From NCBI GenBank assembly GCA_964016885.1, contig OZ024761.1, positions 29,884,001-29,948,000 on the forward strand: 64,000 nucleotides of DNA, read 5' to 3'. The notes beneath the pieces were generated by a model. It worked only from the letters and a program-made list of their open reading frames with translations. It searched no databases and was not told the origin of the DNA. This document shows, piece after piece, positions 55,452 to 64,000 of this stretch. A program made the translations under genes and the position numbers. Source of the DNA: Eledone cirrhosa. Taxonomy: Eukaryota. Within the stretch, counting starts at the first letter, position 1. Every line of letters starts with the position of its first letter.

Positions 55452-55540
55452 GTAAGTATATTGTTGATTTTTTTTTTTTTCCCACCACATTGTAATTATT
55501 GTTCATATATATATACCCTGTGTGTATATATATATATATG

Positions 55541-55575
<35 letters not shown>

Positions 55576-57326
55576 CACACGCATGTAAAATGATTATATA
55601 TAATATATAAACGCATGAAAACTCGTTTTATATTAAGCTAAACAGTCACATGAATGAAATAGAATGCAAGTCTTAAGCTAGGTCTGCTAGAAACAACAGC
55701 TTCCATCGCCTTTGTATATAATATTTTCCCTCGGTACACATTCAAGAATAAAAAGAAGCATAAAATAACTAATGACCAAATAAAAAGAGAATATCTGATA
55801 GTGTGGTTAAATCTGGAACGATTTTGATCATCATATGTCTGAATATTCTAGCTTGATGTGGTTGACCTGGGGTTAAACAACGAAATGGAATTTAATATAC
55901 AGCCAAACTTCCATCACATCTGTACTGAACGAACAATTGATTTTATTAAATTTCTTTACTTTCTGATTAGAAAAGTATACTTGATTAAAAAATCTTAAGC
56001 AAAATGTTGAAAAAATAAAATTCACCCCTTCCTTCCACCAAATAATGATAGAAAAGTTATGGCTGTTTACGTGGGTGTTTATTTTTAAATTTTCACGGTA
56101 AATTTAAATGATTAAAAATTAATAAATGTGGGAGTGGAGTGGTTATGTGATCTGAGTTGCTGAATATAATAGCTAATTCTCCTTCCTCAAATCATTCCAG
56201 TATATTCCTATTGCCTTTCTTTGTTTTGTTTGATCAGTATGTCTGAAGAAAAGAGCAAAACTAAACACACACACACACACTATATATATATATAATATAC
56301 ATACATAGCCTCCAAACCTTTGCTGGCAGGGAAAATGTTAAATGAGGAAGTATATATATATATAATGGCTTCTACAGGACTAGAACTGTTTCGTCTGAAG
56401 GAAATATATATATATATATATAACTTTAATCTGTTCTTATAATATATATATCTTCATTTAACGTTTTCCATGCCAGAAAGTGACTATATATGTATATTTA
56501 CGTGTGTGCGTGCGTGCGTTTATATGTATGAGTGTATATTTATATACCTATATGTCTGTGTGTATCATGTTATGCTTTGAACGCCTTTGATCATATGACT
56601 GACTGACTACTCTGTGGTTGACCTAGGGCTAAACACCAAAAGGCAGGTGATGATCTGCCAAACTCATCAACGGAGCCAACATATTTTACTTTCTAATTAG
56701 TTTTTTTAAGAAATCAAACTTCGAATTTATTTTGTTTGTAACTTTAATCGTTAATATAAAAGAATTGGTTATTAAGCCCTAGGTCAGCTCTGATCATGCG
56801 ACAGTATATTAATCAAATCCCGATGAGGTTGACTTTGCCTTTCATCCTTACGGGGTCGATAAAATAAAGTACCAGTAATACACTGGGTAATTGATGGCCT
56901 TGTGCCTAAAGTAGAAACAATTATCTAGGGTTACATTCATTGTCAAATATGTTTGTATCTTTCTCTCTAGCAAGGCATTAATGTTGAAATTGACTGCTAT
57001 TTCTAGCTAAGTCGACTCTTATTGGACGACAAACGAGATGTGGAATTTATTGAGATACGATATTTATTACTTCTTTTACTTGACTGCGACCATGCTGGGG
57101 CACCTCCACGATTCAATCGTTCGTGTGTGTGTGTGTGTGTGTGTGTCCCCACCACCGTATTCTTTAAAAATCAAATTTGATATTTATTTCATTAATCCTT
57201 TTTTGTCGAGCTACTAAGTTACGGTGCATAATCATACACACACACACGCATATATATATATATATATATTATCCTTATCGAGCCCTCTTCGGATTTTAGT
57301 CTTCACATTTATTATTACTATATATA

Positions 57327-57423
57327 CAGGCCGTCCCCAAAAATGTATACGTACTTGAACAGCATTCTAATAAATATTGCCAATACAGGTAATCAAGCGT
57401 GTATACATCTTTGGGAGACACCC

Positions 57424-57425
<2 letters not shown>
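57327..57425. mobile_element. Tc1/mariner-type MITE
   Basis: TA|CAGGCCGTCCCCAAAAATGTATACG...CGTGTATACATCTTTGGGAGACACCCTG, imperfect TIRs. Confidence 0.6.
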
Positions 57426-57465
<40 letters not shown>

Positions 57466-57635
57466 AAAGACAAACAAATAAAGCAAACGACACAGTACAA
57501 TGAAAACATATATATTAGGAAAAGTATTAACGTTTCGAACGTTAGTCCTTCATCAGATATACATTATTTATTATTCCTGATAGATAACCTATCCATTCTC
57601 AAGGGAGTTTTTTTTTTTTTTTTTTTTTTGATTAG

Positions 57636-57832
57636 CAACAAGAATCTGGATTTGGTGTCAATTCTGTAAGTTACCGAGGAGGTGAGAACCGGATCTATGT
57701 TGGAAATCTTCCTCCAGATATCCGTGCCAGAGACATTGAGGATCTCTTCTATAAATTTGGCAGGATAACATTTGTAGATCTGAAAACAAGAAGGGGACCA
57801 CCGTTTGCGTTTGTGGAATTTGAAGACCCCAG
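57636..57832 (+). CDS. SRSF1: SRSF1/9-like, RRM1 N-terminal exon
   Basis: Poly-T tract and ATTAG acceptor; [44 protein letters not shown]...[11 protein letters not shown]; donor AG|GTATGT. The 5' boundary is less certain than the body. Confidence 0.9.
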
Positions 57833-59069
57833 GTATGTTTCTGTGTTGTGTTTTAATGGGTTTTTTTAATTTCATTTTTATATATATTTTCGTCTGACAA
57901 TACTATTGTTGCCGTATTTTTAATGAAAATACTGCCTATAACTTTTGAAAAAAAAAACTTTTAAATGACTAAGAAATTTGTAGTATTTGGTAATATAATA
58001 AACTTTCTCATTATTAAGTTGGTGTTTGGAACAGCTTAAAGGTTCTTATATAAAAATTTTGATTAAAAGCTTTTAGATAAATATAAACACTTTAATCCTT
58101 TCGTTATCATCTTTCTAATTAGACAATCATATAGTTTATATATATATGTAAAAAGTAAAGAGAAATAACAAAACAAAAGGCACAGTACATGGAAGAAATA
58201 TATTAGTTTACCGCTTGAAATAATAGGAAGATAGTTTTCATGTTTCGGACACTGCCCTTCATCGGAAGATAGTTAGAAAGTAAAGAGTGATGATAAGAGG
58301 AAGGAACGGGGACAAAAAATACATGTGCATATTCAGTTGGCCATATATATGGAGAGTATTGGTGCCACAGAGAAAACACCCAATCCACTTTGTTGGGTAG
58401 TAATTGTGGGTTCACGAAGAATGAGCTATAACAATATGACATGACACTCTAGAAACCTAAACCTATATAGGCCAGCTAAACCTGCATAGGTGTGAGCTGT
58501 AAAAATATTTCATTGTTACTATGTTAGTTATCCTTGCATGTCTTATGCCATGTTAGCATATGGTGATAGATGAATCCTGGAGCTTTTTAATGCAATGGTG
58601 TTAAGTTACTACTGGACAAGACTCTAGTCTACTATAGGGTTAACTTACCATCTGCTGCTGCAGGTATGTATTTCCTTCAGCTGAATGAAGAATTGGATCA
58701 GTGTTAAATAAGTACATTGCTCAAGGTTAGATGATGTTGCACCACCTGGCCTATCGATCAAAACTACAACCTTATGGTTATGACTCTAAATCTGTAAGCA
58801 CTAGGCCAGGTTTCCACTATACATCCGTACCATAAACACACCAAGTAGCAGATAAAAGCACTCCACTCATCCTTAACTTGGGGGCCTCTTTCTTCTAGCA
58901 CCCAACCTCACTCCACACTCACCACTATCTAAATAGCAGATTGGATGTCATCTTGAAAATTATTTCTCCTTATCACAGAACATTCTTACATTCTTGGCTA
59001 TATATATATACAAACACTAAGTTATCTTTACTGCATGTGCAGTTAAGTTTCAGATTATACATACATATT

Positions 59070-59113
<44 letters not shown>

Positions 59114-59544
59114 GGAGGTGGGTGGCTACATATAAACACTGTTATCTTTACTGCATGCAATTAAGTTTCAGATTATATGTACGTGTATGTGTGTGTATAT
59201 ATATATTATATATATATATGGGATTGGCTATATATAAACACTTTTCTTACTGCGTGTTAAGTCTCATCATCGTTTAACATCTATCTTCCATGCTAGCATG
59301 GGTTACACAGATTATATATATATATAGTAATAATAATAATAATAATAGTAATAATAATAAAATTGAAGACTAAAATCCAAAGAGGGCTCGATAAGGAAAA
59401 TATATATCAAATATATAAGAACCGAAGAGCAACGTTTTTTGAAATATCCAGTACTGCGTTTACAGATTGACTTTGTTAGTTTCAGAGGATCCCGTTAAGG
59501 GTGAAAGCAGCGATTCTTTGCTTAAACTTTAATCTGTTATTTTA

Positions 59545-59608
<64 letters not shown>

Positions 59609-60175
59609 TCATCATTATTTAACATTTGTTTTCCCTACATCTCACTCACATACATTTCCACATTGAAGAGAGCGGAGGGAACAGGACAGTGTGGTGGGTG
59701 AGAGGGATGATAAATACGATCTCATTGCTGTATGACAAGTGTGGTGTATATGCTGGTTGTATCTGTAGAAAGCAACTATATGGATTGGTGTCAGGAAGGG
59801 AGGGCATCCTGATATAAAACATTGCCTCAAAAAGTTGTCTAACCCATGCTAGCATGGAATAGTTGACATAAAAGCAATCATGATTATTACAGTTTGTGGT
59901 GAGGGTGGTGGATTGGCAGTAGACTCGGTAGAGCATCAGACACCATGCTTCGTGGTATAGAATTACATCCTTTTTGCAGTCTGAGTTCAAATCCTGCCGA
60001 GGTTAGCTTTGTTTTTCATCCTTTCAGGGTTGATAAAATAAAGTACCAGTAATGCACTGAGGTTGATTTAATCGACTTTTCCTTCCCCTAAAATTGTGCC
60101 TAAATCAGAAACCATTATTGATCCATTACAATTTGTCGTTATTGTTGTCGTATTGTCTTCCGTTGTATCCCCCAG

Positions 60176-60336
60176 AGATGCTGAAGATGCTGTGCGAGAA
60201 AGAAATGGTTACAACTACGACAACTATAAATTGAGGGTTGAATTTCCACGTGGAACTGGTCCTGGAGGGCGTGGCAGAGGTCGAGGAAAAGGTGGACCCC
60301 CTTCACGTCGGTCCCAGTACAGAGTATTTGTCTCAG
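60176..60336 (+). CDS. SRSF1: SRSF1/9-like exon (RRM1 end, Gly/Arg linker)
   Basis: [27 protein letters not shown]...[13 protein letters not shown]; donor G|GTGAGT. Confidence 0.95.
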
Positions 60337-60742
60337 GTGAGTAACCCAATTTTTCTCGGGGGGGGGGGGGGGGTGAATTTTTTTAATGAAATATGCAGCT
60401 CACATCTGTTTGTCCTGGAGAGGAGATGCCAGGTTTTAAAAAGTGCCCTTGAAACGCCATATGTTAATATGGTGCTTCTATGACTCCCTGAGGAGTTATG
60501 GGTCCATGCATTTACAGCTTATGCCTGTTCAGGTTTAGCTGACATCTCATGAAGTTGTGTCTCATAGGGGGCTTGTTGGATATTTTAATGATAGGGATGC
60601 CTAGCCCTATGATACACCTAAACCAAGATTAGTTATGACTCCCAGATTTTCAATATTTCTTCACTATTTCATAACCATATGGTTAGATGTTCATATTAAA
60701 GCCATGCAGTTTTCTGTTCAATTCTACTGTTATTTCTTTAAG

Positions 60743-60915
60743 GTTTACCAAAATCTGGCAGCTGGCAAGACTTGAAGGATCACATGCGGGAAGCTGGGGA
60801 TGTTTGTTATGCTGATGTCTTCAACGATGGCTCTGGAATGGTAGAATTTCTGAGATACGAGGATATGCGTTACGCTGTGAGGTATCTGAATGAATCTAAA
60901 TTCCGATCACATGAG
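60743..60915 (+). CDS. SRSF1: SRSF1/9-like exon (pseudo-RRM2)
   Basis: [26 protein letters not shown]...KFRSHE, containing the diagnostic SWQDLKD heptapeptide. Confidence 0.96.
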
Positions 60916-60959
60916 GTAAACGTTTATTTATTATTATTATTTTATGGGCAGTGAGGGTA

Positions 60960-61590
60960 GGGGATGGGCAGTATTGGTAGGGCGTCATACATGCTTCATG
61001 GCGTATAGTTACTTCCCTTTACGTTCTGAGTTCAAATCCTGCCGAGGTTAGCTTTGCTTTCCTCCTTTTGGGGGTCAATAAAATAAAGTACCAGTAACCC
61101 ACTGGGGTCGATTTAATCAACTTGCTCCTCTCCCCAAAAATGTTGGCCTTGTGCCTAAATCAGAAACCATTATTATTATTTTATGGATTAGTTAGGGCGG
61201 TGGATTGGCAGTATCGGTAGAGGGTCGGACGGCCCTTTATGATCTGAGTTCAAATACCGCCGAGGTTAACTTTGCCTTTCATCCTTACGGGGTCGATAAA
61301 ATAAAGTACCTGTAATGCACTGGGATAATTACTGGCCTTGTGCCAAAAGTAGAAACCATTATTATTATTTAATGGATTAGCAGAATCATTAGAGTGTTGG
61401 AGAAAATGCTTTGTGATATTTGTTTCAGCTCTTTGTTTCGGATATTTGTGTTCTGAGTTCAAATCCCACCGAGCTCAACTTTGCCTTTCATCTTTCCAGG
61501 GGCAATAAAATTAAGCCCCAGTTATATACTAGGGTAGATGTAATCAACTTCTCCCTCCTCCTCACAGATTGCTGAAATTAAAAAGCCTTA
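60960..61590 (+). mobile_element. SINE family B tandem copies in SRSF intron
   Basis: Three successive copies of the same core motif; further copies at about 9330-9515(-), 41877-42066(+), 56815-56922(+), 59900-60120(+). Confidence 0.8.
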
Positions 61591-63279
61591 TTTTAAAGAC
61601 AGTGGATTGGCAGAGTCGTTGGAGCGCCGGACAAACTCTTTGCAGTATTTATTATCTCGCTTTACATTCTGTCACATTTATCTTTTCATCGTTTTGTGTT
61701 CAGTAAAATGAAATACCAGTAATGTACTGGCGTTCATAGAATCGACTACCACCAACCAAGGAGTGTTAAGTTTTAATAAATATATTTACTGGTTTCAATT
61801 TCTTCAGAATATAATCATATCCATATTATTATATTTTGCTCACCCATTCATTATTCATCTAAATTGACTATATATATAGTCTCAAGCCACTATATATCTC
61901 TCTCTCTATCATCTTAAGCCACTATCTCTCTCGTTCTCTCTTTCTCTCATTTCAAGCCACTATAAATTTCTCTCTCTCTCTTTAAGCCATTATATATATA
62001 TATATTTTTTTATGGCTTTCTGTGTGGCAATATATATATTTTTTAACGCTAAATTATTAATAACAACTAGCAGAAAAACTAGCATGTGTAGTGTGCATGT
62101 TGTTATTATATGCAAGTATATATACATGTAGATATGATACGTCAAATAAAATCGTAATTGACAATATACACAGAAATTGAACGAAGACTGCGTTACACTG
62201 TCTTATGTAATCAGTAACGTAATCCATGATACATTAAAAAAAGACGATATTATATATAAATTGCATTAGGAGAAAATTAATATCTTTATTTAAATGATTG
62301 CCATCGGAAGTGTTGACATTTGAAAATTTTAAAGAAGTGAATCTTTTAATAAGTAATAAAATATATTTAATGAACAGCCACGAAATTTAGATAAATTATG
62401 TAATATTCATTCATTATTTATTCAAAGTAATTCAAATTATTTTACTAATGGGATAAAAAAAATTATAAACCTTACGCAATCCTGCGCTTCTTACTTTATT
62501 ATAGTTTAGATATACCATATTTGCTGGCCTATTGGACGCCCCTTAGCATAAGATTATATTTTACGTTATATTTTGACATTTATAGGCATTTTTATGGACC
62601 ACATCCAATATTCGCGTTTTTCACTCTTCGCTGGTGCTCTAGGAACAAAACCCCTTTGAATACCGGGGGGGGGGGGGGACTACTGTACTAGTAATGTACT
62701 GGGATTGATGTAATCGACTCTCCCTCCTCTAAAATTGTTGGCCTTGTGCCTAAAGTAGAAACAATTGAAAGGTTGTGAGTTCAATTCTTGGACCGGGTGA
62801 TGTGTTGTTTCCTCGAGCAAGACACTTTATTTCACATTGCTCCAGTTTACTCAGCTGTAGAAATGAGATGATAGGACTGGGGTCCCTATCATTCCACTGC
62901 AAAGTGGACGTGTAGGTGCCACGGCAAAAAAGCACCCAGCCCACACTGTAAAGTGGACGTGTAGGTACCACGGCAAAAAAGCACCCAGCCCACACTGTAA
63001 ATGAGGTTGGTGTTAGGAAGAGCATCCAGCTGTAGAAATCAAGCCAGAATCAGTTCCTGTATGAGCAAGACAAGGTCACCCGACCTGGACACTGCCCACA
63101 ACAGGACAACCCGTCTAACCCATACTAGCGTAGAAGAAGAGACGTAAAACGGTGATGATGATGATGATAATCTCAAGCCATTACATATCTCACACTCTCT
63201 CTCTTCTCTAACCACTCTCTCTTTTTCTCTCTTTCATCTCGCGTCACTATATGTATATATATATCTCTTTCTCTCCAAG

Positions 63280-63465
63280 GGTGAACAAGCCTATGTCCGT
63301 GTGAAACAAGACTATCGAGGACCTTCCCGTTCCAGAAGCCGAAGTTACTCTCCTCGCCGTACTCGAGATTCGCCACGCTACACACCAATGAGGCTGCGCT
63401 CGCGCTCTCCCTCAATCTCCAGATCTATCTCCAGATCTTACTCTCGTTCCAGATCACCATTCTGA
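63280..63465 (+). CDS. SRSF1: SRSF1/9-like terminal exon (RS domain)
   Basis: GEQAYVRVKQDYRGPSRSRSRSYSPRR...SRSRSPF-TGA; AAG acceptor after a CT-rich tract. Confidence 0.94.
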   Translation, partial: GEQAYVRVKQDYRGPSRSRSRSYSPRRTRDSPRYTPMRLRSRSPSISRSISRSYSRSRSPF

Positions 63466-64000
63466 ACTGAAACCATTTTCTTTTTTTTTTCTTCCATTAT
63501 TTTTTCCTTTTATTATCTGTGTGCATCTGGGTCATGTGTTGCTGCTCAAAACATACAGTTTGGCTGCATTTCTCTCCCCCTGTTCTTCTCTTCTTTTCTT
63601 TCTCATATCTCATAATTTCATAAAATTTGGTGTGTGTGGAGGTGGGGGGTTTGGTGGGAGTGGGGCATTTGCAAGAAAAAATAAATAATAATAATAATAA
63701 TTTTAGATTAAGTTATAAGAACCAACCATAACTGATTTGGGAGTTGTACATGTCTGGCAAGTGACTGGATCTGAGACTGAGTCGGTTGAGATTATCCTAA
63801 TCATATATTTATATACATTATGGAAGAGTCATTTTCGCCATTAAAAACAACACATCACATCACACATACACACACACACTAACTGTTAAATTTACTTTAC
63901 ATTTGTCATTTATTTCTTGGTGTCAGCATTTTCCAGGTCAGTTTATGACCTGGTCACTGACACAGTTCCATTGCAGTAAACTTGTTTCAGTGACATTCAA

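Noticed and set aside
59478-59520. CAGAGGA-TCCC-gttaa-GGGT-GAAA as a hammerhead (also at about 23336)
   Set aside because: Both copies have CAGA instead of CTGA and no convincing stem I or III; possibly a relic in a related (TA)n-associated repeat, but not supportable.
63890-63945. Possible 3'UTR intron acceptor (TTTTCCAG) for SRSF1-type NMD autoregulation
   Set aside because: No convincing donor between the stop codon and this site, and the window ends just after it.

Overview
Eukaryotic, AT-rich genomic DNA dense in microsatellites and SINEs. The repeat families resemble those of an octopus (inference from memory, not a database match). Four spliced protein-coding genes can be assembled by hand. 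(1) A 4-exon, 212-aa basic, S/TP-rich gene (4053-9683, +) with weak resemblance to PIMREG/FAM64A. (2) COQ5 (7 exons, 320 aa, 18656-26911, +). (3) Dynein light chain LC8/DYNLL (89 aa, 42540-42809, -). (4) An SRSF1/9-type SR protein (5 coding exons, 241 aa, 55443-63465, +). There is also one tRNA-Gly(TCC). As I recall it, COQ5-DYNLL-SRSF has the same order and orientation as human COQ5-DYNLL1-SRSF9. The most unusual signal is a set of fold-back elements inserted in (TA)n tracts. Three have arms of about 176-191 bp (one a perfect 191-bp palindrome in COQ5 intron 1) with a hammerhead-ribozyme-like core (CTGAnGA...GAAA) in each arm, and further hammerhead-like cores from other families are scattered through the window. 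They are most likely Penelope-like element pseudo-LTR derivatives. The rest is SINEs, LINE fragments, MITEs and minisatellites. Most long ORFs in the supplied track are microsatellite artefacts. Gene models, folds and repeat classes were derived by eye and are untested.
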